A stretch of DNA of 64,000 bases from Akkermansiaceae bacterium. Lineage in GTDB: Bacteria; Verrucomicrobiota; Verrucomicrobiia; Verrucomicrobiales; Akkermansiaceae. Each line of letters opens with the position of its first letter. Positions within the stretch are counted from its first letter, which is position 1. Below, piece after piece: positions 8,621 through 18,446 of the stretch. The stretch spans positions 64,001-128,000 of the forward strand of contig JBPOGF010000012.1 in assembly GCA_051251915.1 (NCBI GenBank). The letters are read 5' to 3'. The position numbers and the translations under genes were made by a program. Under the pieces are notes generated by a model, which saw nothing but the letters and a program-made list of their open reading frames with translations, did not search any database and was not told the origin of the DNA.

Positions 8621-10483
8621 TTAATGACTGTCCTTAGGTTTGATCCCTGCATCGAGCTCAGAAGATGTTTCATCCTTAGGCTCATGCCACTGTGGATAGA
8701 AATCTTCCTTACAATCAGGACGGCTGTATTCGTATGGACCACGGTAGACTGCAACATCGAATGTGAAGTTGCCATGTCCCGGAGGTGTTGGTGTCGCCCA
8801 CTCAAGTGTGGTTGCATCCCATGGGTTGTCATTTTCCACCTTCTTACCAGTTTTCCAGGCAGTGAAGAGGTTGATGATGAACGGGATCTGCGCCGCAGCA
8901 AGACAGAATACTGAAATAGACATCAACTGGTTAAGACCAATCCATTCTCTAACTGTCTGTCCAAATACGTCAGCCGAGTCTGGCCCCACGAGGTAACCGT
9001 CACCACCATTATACCAACGACGGTGGAAACCAGCCATCCCCTGAAGTAACATAGGGAAGAACACGAGGTTAATGAAGATAAGTGATGGCCAGAAGTGAAG
9101 ATGTCCAAGTGTGTTGCTCATGTAACGTCCGAACATTTTAGGATACCAGTAATAGATACCTGCAAAGAGTCCGAACAGGATACCAGGTGCTACCACATAG
9201 TGGAAATGACCGATCACGTAGTAAGTATCATGAAGGTGAAGATCCACCAAGTTGAACGCCAATGGTAGTCCAGTGAGACCACCGATACCGAACATCGGAA
9301 GAAAAGCACAAGCCCAGATCATCGGCATCGAGAATCTGATAGAGCCACCCCAGAGCGAGATTAAGAGTGATGTAATAAGAACCACTGAAGGAACTGAGAT
9401 CAGAACAGTTGTGGTCTGGAAGAATGTAGAAACTGAACTACCCATACCAGTCAGATACATGTGGTGAGCCCATACGATGAAGGATAGGAAACCAAGCACA
9501 AGCACCGCATACACCATGGATTTGTAGCCCCAGAGTGGTTTACGGGTATTGGTAGGTATAATCTCTGCCACACATGCGATAGATGGTAGAAGGAGAACAT
9601 ACACCTCAGGGTGACCTAGGAACCAGAATAAGTGCTGATAAAGTAATGGAGAACCACCACCTGCATAATCAGCTGCTCCAGCATCTGTATATAGACCTGA
9701 TGGCTGGAAGAATGATGAACCTGTTGTTCTGTCAATCAACTGCATAATGCCAGCTACTTCGAGTGGTGGGAATGCTAGAAGAAGAAGGAATGCAGTAACA
9801 AGCATCGCCCAAACCAAGAATGGCAAACGCATCCAAGTCATGCCTTTCGCACGTAAGTTAATGATCGTTGTAATGAAGTTCACCGATCCCAACAAGGATG
9901 AAGATATCAAGAAGACCAGGCCGAGTAGCCATTGGGTCTGTCCTGTGAAGAATTGGTTTGGATGCTGCGAGTCAGCAAACGAGGAAAGTGGTGGGTAATT
10001 TGTCCAACCAGATTTAGCGGAGCCTGATTCAAGAAAGAATGAGCCACACATCATGATACCACCAACTGCATAGAGCCAGTAAGATGCACAGTTAAGCTTA
10101 GGGAAAGCCATGTCTGGCGCACCAATCTGGAGCGGAGTCACATAGTTACCAAAGGCACCGAAGCCGAGCGGAACCACGCCAAGGAAGACCATAATTGTCC
10201 CGTGCATTGCACCAAACATGTTGTAAGTTTCACCTTCTACTTTACCAGCAGTAAGCCATCTAGCTTTCCATTCATCAGTAAATAGCCAGCTCATCCATGT
10301 AGGCACTGGCTCTTGCGGATAAGCGATACTCCAACGCATCATCATCATCAGGAAGAACCCGAAAAGGAGGAAGAGCAAAGCAGTAATGCCGTATTGAATA
10401 CCAATCATTTTGTGATCAGTAGAGAAAATGTATTTCTGCCAGAATGGCGGATCGTGGTGATCGTGATGGTCGTCAGCGCTCAT
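8621..10483 (-). CDS. coxA: Heme-copper oxidase subunit I, A1 type
   Basis: TDHK, MHG, DMAFP, GHPEVY, WAHHM, HDTYYVIGHFHY, RR; all six His ligands present. Confidence 0.96.
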   Translation of the reverse strand: MSADDHHDHHDPPFWQKYIFSTDHKMIGIQYGITALLFLLFGFFLMMMMRWSIAYPQEPVPTWMSWLFTDEWKARWLTAGKVEGETYNMFGAMHGTIMVFLGVVPLGFGAFGNYVTPLQIGAPDMAFPKLNCASYWLYAVGGIMMCGSFFLESGSAKSGWTNYPPLSSFADSQHPNQFFTGQTQWLLGLVFLISSSLLGSVNFITTIINLRAKGMTWMRLPFLVWAMLVTAFLLLLAFPPLEVAGIMQLIDRTTGSSFFQPSGLYTDAGAADYAGGGSPLLYQHLFWFLGHPEVYVLLLPSIACVAEIIPTNTRKPLWGYKSMVYAVLVLGFLSFIVWAHHMYLTGMGSSVSTFFQTTTVLISVPSVVLITSLLISLWGGSIRFSMPMIWACAFLPMFGIGGLTGLPLAFNLVDLHLHDTYYVIGHFHYVVAPGILFGLFAGIYYWYPKMFGRYMSNTLGHLHFWPSLIFINLVFFPMLLQGMAGFHRRWYNGGDGYLVGPDSADVFGQTVREWIGLNQLMSISVFCLAAAQIPFIINLFTAWKTGKKVENDNPWDATTLEWATPTPPGHGNFTFDVAVYRGPYEYSRPDCKEDFYPQWHEPKDETSSELDAGIKPKDSH

Positions 10484-10571
10484 AATTTTAAGTTCAGCTT
10501 GTTAGCGATTAAGCTAATAGGTTGTGAAAGTTGGTTGTTGTTAGTTAAATGGTGTTTTAAAAATCTAGGTA

Positions 10572-11339
10572 TTACTCAGCTACGATAACCTCGCCAGTCT
10601 TCTTGTTGATGATTGTCTTCGGCTCGAAGAGATCTCCAGTAAGTTGGACTTTTCTGTATTTATCGAGTTCAGCTGCTGTGCAGTTCCCTTCTCCGCGCTC
10701 ATTGTTGAGTGCTTTGACTTGATCCATCTGCTCAGGAGTGTAAATTTTGCCTACTTTGTTACCAAAGCTGTTCTGTAGATAATACGCGAGAGCTGCCATT
10801 TCAAGATTTTCTGTGCTCTTATGTAGCTGAGGTCCCATATTACTATTCACGCTAACTCCAGCTGCTGTGATCGGACCATCCACACCATTGATTGCAGCCA
10901 TTAAAACAGCCACTGGTGATTCTATTACATATTCAGATCCAGCAAGAGGCGGGTATGCAGAGTTTCCTTTACCATCCGGTTGGTGACAACCCATGCATTT
11001 CTTGTACGTTGCTGCTCCCTTCGCCATGTAAACTGCTTCTACCTCGCCCTGAGGCACTGGTGGTGGCCCGCCTGTTTCGTCAGCTTGCACGTAACCAGCT
11101 TTGACAAATTTATCATAGCCGAAAAGGTTATTACTGCTGAAGAGAACACTACCTGCGATAATAGCTACGATACTTCCGGCGATGAAGATCCAGATAGACA
11201 CTGGCTCCAGTCCATTCTCGCGCACTTGTTGCTCACGTGATGCCGCTGCGGATGCACGAGACACTGCTGCGTGCTGCTCAGCCACATTGGTGGACTCTTC
11301 AAGATCAGGCTTTTTCGGATCTGTTAGTTGAACTGACAT
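10572..11339 (-). CDS. Membrane-anchored monoheme cytochrome c
   Basis: One TM, CMGCH, YPPLAGS, NMGP (candidate axial Met). Confidence 0.88.
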   Translation of the reverse strand: MSVQLTDPKKPDLEESTNVAEQHAAVSRASAAASREQQVRENGLEPVSIWIFIAGSIVAIIAGSVLFSSNNLFGYDKFVKAGYVQADETGGPPPVPQGEVEAVYMAKGAATYKKCMGCHQPDGKGNSAYPPLAGSEYVIESPVAVLMAAINGVDGPITAAGVSVNSNMGPQLHKSTENLEMAALAYYLQNSFGNKVGKIYTPEQMDQVKALNNERGEGNCTAAELDKYRKVQLTGDLFEPKTIINKKTGEVIVAE

Positions 11340-11405
11340 GTTGTTAAATATTGGATGATTAATTACGGATGATTTAAATGAAGTTGATTAGACTAGAGGG
11401 ATGCT

Positions 11406-12224
11406 TTATTTCCCAGCTTTCTTTTTATCCTTTGCATACTGCATCGCATAAGGAACCGCTCCATCTTTCTTGAGACTTGTTAAATAGCTGACGATTGCGC
11501 GGCAATTATCGTTAGGGATGATTTGCTCGCCGTCTTTTACAGCAACTGCATCAACTGCTCCCTGACCAAAATCACCAATCTTAGTGAAAAACTGTGGGTT
11601 AGACTGACATACTGACCACTCGTTCTCCTGACCTCTATCATCTAATCCTTCGTTGCGAGGGTTATAGAGGTGCTTGTAAACATAGAGATCTTTATCAAAT
11701 GCCTTGTCACCAAGCACTGCATTGATTTCTTTCTGAGTCATTGGTGTCTTGTCTTCCTTCTCAAGTTTGATGCCCAGAGCTTCTGCGACTCTAGCATTTT
11801 CACTTGCCTGAAGTGCTTCCAGACGATTTCCAAAGTTTCCTAGATCCGGCCCAATACGGCTCTCCCCGATGTGAGCGCGGTCTTCACCTTGGAAATCCCA
11901 AGCGTTTGTGATTCTACGTGTATCTCCCCTCTCAGCGTCATTCTTCGTTCCGCCTTGTCCTTCACGGAATACATCCTGACCAGCGTAGGTTGGACGTGTC
12001 ACCTGTGAGTGGCACATTGCACAGCCTTCTTGTGCATAAATTAGTGATCCATTACCGGTACGGCCACTATGTGTCGGCATGTAAAGGTCGGTTCGCTCAT
12101 CATTCACCTCATCATACTGAGGAGCTTCGAGTGTGCGCATGGTACCAAATGGGACTGCAAGCATAACGAGCCATGGAAGACCAAAGCTGGCAATGAGTCC
12201 GTAGAAAAATGTCTTAACTGTCAT
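11406..12224 (-). CDS. ccoO: cbb3 subunit II (CcoO/FixO)-like monoheme cytochrome c
   Basis: G..IYAQEGCAMCHSQVTRP, RIGPDL, HLYNPR. Confidence 0.82.
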   Translation of the reverse strand: MTVKTFFYGLIASFGLPWLVMLAVPFGTMRTLEAPQYDEVNDERTDLYMPTHSGRTGNGSLIYAQEGCAMCHSQVTRPTYAGQDVFREGQGGTKNDAERGDTRRITNAWDFQGEDRAHIGESRIGPDLGNFGNRLEALQASENARVAEALGIKLEKEDKTPMTQKEINAVLGDKAFDKDLYVYKHLYNPRNEGLDDRGQENEWSVCQSNPQFFTKIGDFGQGAVDAVAVKDGEQIIPNDNCRAIVSYLTSLKKDGAVPYAMQYAKDKKKAGK

Positions 12225-12265
12225 CGTATTCTAGTGAAGTAGGTTAGCTGTAAATTAGTGATCGC

Positions 12266-13774
12266 TTAGTTAGCGGAGGCGTTTGAATCCAGGGTGTCGA
12301 GTTTATCAAGATCTCCCTCTGGTCCGTGTGGTGTTGAGTGAGCGTGACGTGCAAGAAGTGTAGGATGGCTGCTGCGGCGACCAAGTCTTAGCCACATCAG
12401 TAGTAGATGAACGCAGAACAAGAATGTCGCTATGAGGATGAACACAAAGCCAGTCGTAAGACCAATTGCATATGGGTAAAGTCTACCAACTGCAGCTTCA
12501 GTAGGCTCTCCTACTATTTCAAGTGTGTAACCATGCATGAATCCACCAAGTAGTGTGTAGAACAATGCGATGAATGCCACACCGTAAACTGTGAGCCAGA
12601 AATGCTGACTAATCAAACCAGCTGAGATCCATTCACGATTAGTGATACGTGGGACGATAAAGTAGATAGCTCCGAACATGCACATTGAGAAGAATCCGAG
12701 AAGCCCGGTAAGCTCTAGTCCGTATTGTGCAGTTGAAAACTGTGTATATTGAAGCGCACCAGGTAAAGCGATAAATCCACCGAGCACAGCAAAGGTAAGC
12801 ATGCCCATTGCACCAGCTACCGTGAATCGAAGTGATGGTGAGTGTGCCATTGCTTCTTTGTTAGAATTAGCTGTCTTAAGTATGTTGATAACGAATGCCA
12901 TTGCTGGGATAATCAAAAGAACTGCCGCACCTGCACTGAGGAACTGCAGGAATGAAGGAATTGGAGTCCCCATCATACGCTGCATACCAGCCCAAGGTCC
13001 AACTATTGCTAGTGCCCAAAATCCGAAGATCGCGAGATTATATGAGTATACCGGTCTACCAGTCACCTTAGGAGTGATGTAGTAGGCACTTGCTGCTGCT
13101 ACTGGAGTGAAGAAAAGAAACATCAATGCTGATCTGAACCACGCTGTAGATGCAGTTATCATTAAAGGATGTCCATCACCTAAGTAAAGCTGAGTAAAGA
13201 GGATGCCTGATACTAATACCCATGGGAACCAGAAAAGTGCGGCAAGAAGATACCATTGGGAAATGTAGATGTGACCACCGCGGCGAACGCGGAAAGCAAT
13301 CACTGCCCAAATGCCAATCACGAAATAGGTAACAAGTAGAGTGATCATGATTGCTTTAGGAAATGCCATCCAGACAACACCAGTTCCTGCACCAGCAAGA
13401 ACACAGAGAGTTCCGATTGCTACCATCGCATTCCATACGTGGCCAGCTGCTAATATGATGCCAGATTTCTTTGATTCTTGACGAGACAAACGGGACATCA
13501 ACCAGAGAATCACACCGAAAGCGGCCTGTGCGCCCCAACCGTAGATGAGCGTGCTCATATGCGCGGGCATCGTGCGCCCAACATTAAAGCAGGAGAAGCA
13601 GCTAAGGAAATCTGGTGAGTGGGTCTTTGCAGAAGCAATGATACCAAGAACCAGTGACACTGCTAACCATGCAGCACCGCTTGTGAAAAAGAACATCACC
13701 GGATGACGCAAAGAGCGGTCAATGTCTGCTCTGAGCTTGGTGTCTTCTAAGATTGGACTAGTTGTTGTTGCCAT
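12266..13774 (-). CDS. cbb3 subunit I (CcoN)-like 12-TM protein lacking active-site ligands
   Basis: CcoN landmarks GR..P.H, HIYISQWY, YYITPK...RPVYSY, WAG, IYFIVPR, HFW retained; CuB/heme His motifs absent; ORF intact. Confidence 0.85.
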   Translation of the reverse strand: MATTTSPILEDTKLRADIDRSLRHPVMFFFTSGAAWLAVSLVLGIIASAKTHSPDFLSCFSCFNVGRTMPAHMSTLIYGWGAQAAFGVILWLMSRLSRQESKKSGIILAAGHVWNAMVAIGTLCVLAGAGTGVVWMAFPKAIMITLLVTYFVIGIWAVIAFRVRRGGHIYISQWYLLAALFWFPWVLVSGILFTQLYLGDGHPLMITASTAWFRSALMFLFFTPVAAASAYYITPKVTGRPVYSYNLAIFGFWALAIVGPWAGMQRMMGTPIPSFLQFLSAGAAVLLIIPAMAFVINILKTANSNKEAMAHSPSLRFTVAGAMGMLTFAVLGGFIALPGALQYTQFSTAQYGLELTGLLGFFSMCMFGAIYFIVPRITNREWISAGLISQHFWLTVYGVAFIALFYTLLGGFMHGYTLEIVGEPTEAAVGRLYPYAIGLTTGFVFILIATFLFCVHLLLMWLRLGRRSSHPTLLARHAHSTPHGPEGDLDKLDTLDSNASAN

Positions 13775-13810
13775 GAAATTATGTTTGTTCGTCTTAAATG
13801 AATTGAAATA

Positions 13811-14143
13811 TTACTTATACTCCTTGTTGTGTGGAACTCCAGCGTCTGCTGGCTGAGTATCGATTAGCTTAAGCTCGCTAGCTACTGAGAAGAGAGCACT
13901 TGGTGGAAGCTGAACGCTGTCACCTTCTTTTTTGTAGTCGAGAAGTGCTGCCTGTGCGACATCCACTTGCTCACGCTTGAGGAGGCGCGCCTTGCCTACT
14001 TCTGTGTCAGCGCTATACATCTTATCGTCTTGTATGAAGTTCTTGATAACGAAACAGATAATTCCGAAAACCACGAATAGTGCGAGTCCCCACCAAAAGG
14101 TGTTGAAGCGGCGAAGTGGTGTGTCACGTAGATTATTTTCCAT
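13811..14143 (-). CDS. Small single-TM protein between actF and the ccoN-like gene
   Basis: One TM near the N-terminus, operon packing; sits where ActG-like subunits often lie but family not recognised. Confidence 0.7.
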   Translation of the reverse strand: MENNLRDTPLRRFNTFWWGLALFVVFGIICFVIKNFIQDDKMYSADTEVGKARLLKREQVDVAQAALLDYKKEGDSVQLPPSALFSVASELKLIDTQPADAGVPHNKEYK

Positions 14144-14164
14144 GATGTTAGATTCTGATTAAAT

Positions 14165-15556
14165 TTAGTTATGAAGATTAGCTGACTCCAGGATTCGAGG
14201 ATCGCGGTTCGGATAAGTGTTCGAGCTACCAATGTTACGAAGGAACATGAAGACGAAGAACGCACCAACTGTGATGAATGCCACGATATCACCTAAGTAA
14301 GCTGCATGCTCAACGAAGAGGTTTTCACCATGTGTAAGTGAGACTCCACGCTCAGGGATCACAGCGATGTAGAGATCAATAATGTGGTAGATCAGAATAT
14401 AGCTACAGATCGAAACGATCATCCAGTTAACTTTCTTCACATAATGTGGAAGTAGTAATACGAATGGAAGTGCGAAGTGGCCGAACACGAGTGATAAACT
14501 CCAGCCCCACCATGCACCAGTATTTCTGAGGATGAAGTAGGAAGTTTCTTCAGTGATGTTTGCATACCAAATGAGCATAAACTGAGCGAATGATACGTAT
14601 GCCCAGAAGACAACAAATGCGAACAATAGCTTACCCATTATGTGGAAGTGCTCAGTGCTAGTCACTGTCTGGAGATACCCCTTCTTACGAAGCCAAACGA
14701 GAGTCAACATGAGAACAGCCATTGAGTTCAGTGCACAGCCGGCGAAGAAATACACACCATACATTGTGGAGAACCACTTGTAATCAAGCGCCATCATGAA
14801 ATCGAGGGCTATGAATGTGGCTACTACCGCGAAGATAGGCATAATGATGCAAGAAAGCTGACGAGTTTTAATCAGACGAGCGCAAGTTGGCTTCGGATCA
14901 ACATCTTGATCCATTGACATCTTTCTCTGAATCCAAATACCAGCACCTAGTAGAGCAAAGAAGGAAATGATTCTGACTAACCAGAAAGGTAGATTCATAT
15001 ACCACGCTTTTTGAGCGAGTAGAGCTTCGTGAGCTGCGTTAAAAGTCGCTGCGTCAGGTGATGTGTAAGCGCCGTGCTCTGTTTTTTCTACATGAGCATG
15101 ATCTAGTGTTACAATCTGGTGACGATCATTCTCGTGAGTATTACCTTCAGCATCAATGTACTCAGTGGCAATATCGCGGTGAGTTTCCATCCACTCGTAG
15201 AGATCGTTTTGCACTGATGGAATCATCAAAGGAATTGCAATCACTGCCATGAACGGGAATACAAAACCAAGGTTCTCCATTAAGCGTCTGACTGAAACAC
15301 CCCAACCTGAATTAGTCACGTTGTGGAGCGTTGTCCAGAAACAACCACCAAGAGTGAGTGAGATGAAGAACATGAAAGCGAACAACCAGGAATAGGAATA
15401 TCCGTCTCCGAATGTATCATTCGTAAATAGGAAGAAACTAAAAATGGCTCCTACGATGAAGATTACTAGTGAGATAAGTTTAGGCAAGGCGAGGTCGCTA
15501 GACTTTACCTGCTCCCCGTTTAGTGGGAGGTCCTTTGATGTGACGTTGTGTGCCAT
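14165..15556 (-). CDS. actF: Alternative complex III subunit F
   Basis: ~10 TMs; GWGVSVRRLME, DFMMALDYKWFSTMYG, FAQFMLIWYANI.EET. Confidence 0.9.
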   Translation of the reverse strand: MAHNVTSKDLPLNGEQVKSSDLALPKLISLVIFIVGAIFSFFLFTNDTFGDGYSYSWLFAFMFFISLTLGGCFWTTLHNVTNSGWGVSVRRLMENLGFVFPFMAVIAIPLMIPSVQNDLYEWMETHRDIATEYIDAEGNTHENDRHQIVTLDHAHVEKTEHGAYTSPDAATFNAAHEALLAQKAWYMNLPFWLVRIISFFALLGAGIWIQRKMSMDQDVDPKPTCARLIKTRQLSCIIMPIFAVVATFIALDFMMALDYKWFSTMYGVYFFAGCALNSMAVLMLTLVWLRKKGYLQTVTSTEHFHIMGKLLFAFVVFWAYVSFAQFMLIWYANITEETSYFILRNTGAWWGWSLSLVFGHFALPFVLLLPHYVKKVNWMIVSICSYILIYHIIDLYIAVIPERGVSLTHGENLFVEHAAYLGDIVAFITVGAFFVFMFLRNIGSSNTYPNRDPRILESANLHN

Positions 15557-15603
15557 GGGACTGTTAGATTAAATTGTGTGTTAGATGATTGATTAAAATT
15601 TGC

Positions 15604-16275
15604 TTACTTCGTGCTTCCTGCGTCAAAGATCTCTTTGATTTTCGGATTTGTGTAGTCTGCCTTCGCGCTAGCTTGAAGCATTTTCACGTAGGCTACTACT
15701 GCCCAGCGATCATAGAGTGGAAGGTCTGACCCCATCTGCCCCATGTTACCTCGGCCATTCACAACGACGTCATAGATATTACCTTCTACTAACTTCGTTT
15801 CGCGAAGGTTACTGATCGCTGCTACAAAACCATTTGCTTTCGCGGTGCCTTCACCGTTACCTGAAGCTCCGTGACAAACTGCGCATTTGAATCCAAAAAC
15901 CTCATGCCCGCGAGTTAGAAGTGCTGTAACGTTCTCTGGTTGATCAAGCTCAAGCTCCGTTGGGAAGCCTTTTCCGTAGTTAGTCTCGTTGAATCTACCT
16001 GTGTGGAGGTAAGTTTCCTTGTTACCATAACCACGAAGTTCAGACTCAGCAGTTTCTTCTGTAGTGTGCCCCATTGGAACTGTGCCTGCAACTGGCTGCT
16101 GTGACCCCATTCCGTCTTTGAAGAAGTCGGATGGTTTCTGACCTTTTATGAAATCCTGCTCATCCATATCAGGGAAGATGCGGATTGGTGGTTTTTTGAA
16201 TTTGTCACCTCTGAATCCGAACGTGCTTATGACGAAAACGATGATGAGTGCGTATATGAGAAAAAAGTAGCGCAT
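15604..16275 (-). CDS. actE: Alternative complex III subunit E, monoheme cytochrome c
   Basis: PDMDEQ, PVAGTVP, CAVCH, GNM, DRWAVVAYVK. Confidence 0.9.
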   Translation of the reverse strand: MRYFFLIYALIIVFVISTFGFRGDKFKKPPIRIFPDMDEQDFIKGQKPSDFFKDGMGSQQPVAGTVPMGHTTEETAESELRGYGNKETYLHTGRFNETNYGKGFPTELELDQPENVTALLTRGHEVFGFKCAVCHGASGNGEGTAKANGFVAAISNLRETKLVEGNIYDVVVNGRGNMGQMGSDLPLYDRWAVVAYVKMLQASAKADYTNPKIKEIFDAGSTK

Positions 16276-16303
16276 GATGATTGAATCTTATCTGGTAGGT
16301 AAA

Positions 16304-16858
16304 TTAGTCTTCTTCTTCGACGAGTTCGATGTTTTTGCCCCCTGCTTCTTCAAGCAGAGCCTTCGTATCTTCTGGTGAGAAATTTGGATCCCTAGCTTCT
16401 ACTGCGATGAAAAACCCATCATCAGTAGAACGGTGGAACTGACGACTTGCGAATAACGGGTGATTCAATCTAGGAAGACCCATGAGGCCCAATAGACAGA
16501 ACAGAACCGTAAATCCTGAGAATAAAATAGTAAGCTCAAACATGATCGGGAAGAACGCCGATGTTGTGAAAATGTTCGCTGGCTTAGCCTGCACCACTGT
16601 TGGGTAAATCATTACCTGTGTGATGTATGCCAAACTGAATCCTGTAAGTAGACCAGTTGATCCACCGAAAAATACGAAATAAGGCAAGATAGAACGTCTT
16701 AGTCCCATCGCATCGTCCATCCCGTGGATCGGATACGGTGAATAGCAGTCCCATTTTTTGAATCCGGCATCGCGCACTTTCTCAGCACCCTTGTAGAGGG
16801 CTGATGCGCTTTCGAATTCGGCTAGATAACCGTAAACTCTTTTTACTGATGTGCTCAC
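16304..16858 (-). CDS. actD: Alternative complex III subunit D (DUF3341)
   Basis: GTG start; D.YSPYPIHG, FELTILF, DDGFFI. Confidence 0.92.
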   Translation of the reverse strand: MSTSVKRVYGYLAEFESASALYKGAEKVRDAGFKKWDCYSPYPIHGMDDAMGLRRSILPYFVFFGGSTGLLTGFSLAYITQVMIYPTVVQAKPANIFTTSAFFPIMFELTILFSGFTVLFCLLGLMGLPRLNHPLFASRQFHRSTDDGFFIAVEARDPNFSPEDTKALLEEAGGKNIELVEEED

Positions 16859-16907
16859 TGTCTTGTGATTTGGTTAGTTGTTATTAAATTGTTACTTTAG
16901 ATTTAGC

Positions 16908-18395
16908 TTAGCATTCCATGCTGCGATTCTTATCAATCTCGTATTGGTATGCAGCCTCTGCTTCTACTCCTTCATCAGGATGTGCCTGCTTATCGTCAAA
17001 GTGTGCGTCACTCTCGAGGAGTGTCCATTTCACCTCAGCAATGTTGATACATGGTAAGAAGCGTAAGAAGAGTAAGAATAGCGTGAGGAACATACCGATA
17101 GTTCCGACAAATGTCATCACGTCCACTGGTGACGCTTCGTAGTATTTCCAGTCACCAGGGAGCCACATACGTGGAAGTGTAGTAACAATGATTACGAATC
17201 GCTCGAACCACATACCGATGTTCACCAACATACAGATTCCCATAACGACCCAGAGATTCTCACGGCATGCTTTGAACCAGAAAGCCTGTGGAGCAATAAC
17301 GTTACAGAACATCATTGTCACGTATGCCCACCAGTAAGGACCAGTGATACGGAGCTTGAATGCTTCCATCTCGTATTTACCACCTGAGTAGTAAGCCACG
17401 AAGAGCTCCATCAAGTAGGCGTAACCAACGATGGTTCCTGTTGCCAAAATGATCTTGGACATGTTTTCGATGTGCTTCATCGTGATCATATCGTGCAGCT
17501 TGTAGATAGACCGCGCCGGGATCATGATCGTCATCACCATCGCGAATCCACCAAAGATAGCACCTGCCACGAAGTATGGCGGGAAGATAGTGGTGTGCCA
17601 CCCCGGAACCGTAGAGGTCGCGAAGTCAAACGAAACGATTGAGTGAACTGAAAGAACGAGTGGTGTAGAAAGTGCTGCTAGTAGAAGATAAGCCATTTCA
17701 TAATGACTCCACTGACGGTTACCACCTCTCCAACCGAGAGAGAAAATACCATAAGCAAACTTACGGATACCAGGCTTGGCCCGGTCACGGATAGTTGCCA
17801 AATCAGGAACCATTCCGAGATACCAGAAAATCAATGAAATGGTGAAGTAAGTAGAAACCGCAAATACGTCCCACAAGAGTGGTGATTTAAAGTTCTGCCA
17901 AATCGCATTCGCATTCGGAATAGGAGCTAGGAACCAAGCCATCCATACACGACCAACGTGGAACGCAGGGAAAATACCAGCACAGCATACTGCGAAGATC
18001 GTCATCGCTTCCGCAGCCCGGTTAATCGAGGTTCGCCAGTTTTGCCGCGTCAGGAACAGAATCGCCGAGATCAGCGTTCCAGCGTGACCAATACCAATCC
18101 AGAAAACAAAGTTAACAATCGGCCAACCCCACATCGTGCGGTTTGTATTTCCCCAGACACCTACACCGGTAGAAACCAAGTAGATAAGTCCGCCTGCAAC
18201 ACCAACAAGTGCTATAATTGCGGACGGGATGAATAGTAACCACCAAAGTAGAGGCTGTGGTTTTTCCACAATCCCTGCAATACGGTCGGTAATCCAAGCA
18301 TATGAACGTCCATTGAGAATCAGCTTCTCGCGCTCAAATACGGGAAGAGTGATGCTGCCATCATTTTGCTCTGCCTTGTTTTCGTTATCTGCCAT
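16908..18395 (-). CDS. actC: Alternative complex III subunit C (NrfD/PsrC family)
   Basis: [56 protein letters not shown]. Confidence 0.95.
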   Translation of the reverse strand: MADNENKAEQNDGSITLPVFEREKLILNGRSYAWITDRIAGIVEKPQPLLWWLLFIPSAIIALVGVAGGLIYLVSTGVGVWGNTNRTMWGWPIVNFVFWIGIGHAGTLISAILFLTRQNWRTSINRAAEAMTIFAVCCAGIFPAFHVGRVWMAWFLAPIPNANAIWQNFKSPLLWDVFAVSTYFTISLIFWYLGMVPDLATIRDRAKPGIRKFAYGIFSLGWRGGNRQWSHYEMAYLLLAALSTPLVLSVHSIVSFDFATSTVPGWHTTIFPPYFVAGAIFGGFAMVMTIMIPARSIYKLHDMITMKHIENMSKIILATGTIVGYAYLMELFVAYYSGGKYEMEAFKLRITGPYWWAYVTMMFCNVIAPQAFWFKACRENLWVVMGICMLVNIGMWFERFVIIVTTLPRMWLPGDWKYYEASPVDVMTFVGTIGMFLTLFLLFLRFLPCINIAEVKWTLLESDAHFDDKQAHPDEGVEAEAAYQYEIDKNRSMEC

Positions 18396-18446
18396 TTTCT
18401 TAAATCTTAAATTTTTATTTGATACTGATTAAACTGTTCTCAACCG

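Noticed and set aside
10572..13774. Functional cbb3 oxidase (ccoNOP)
   Set aside because: The CcoN homologue lacks CuB and heme ligands, and the third gene is monoheme rather than diheme CcoP
12266..13774. Pseudogene call for the ccoN-like gene
   Set aside because: No frameshift or stop; structural motifs and operon-like codon usage are retained
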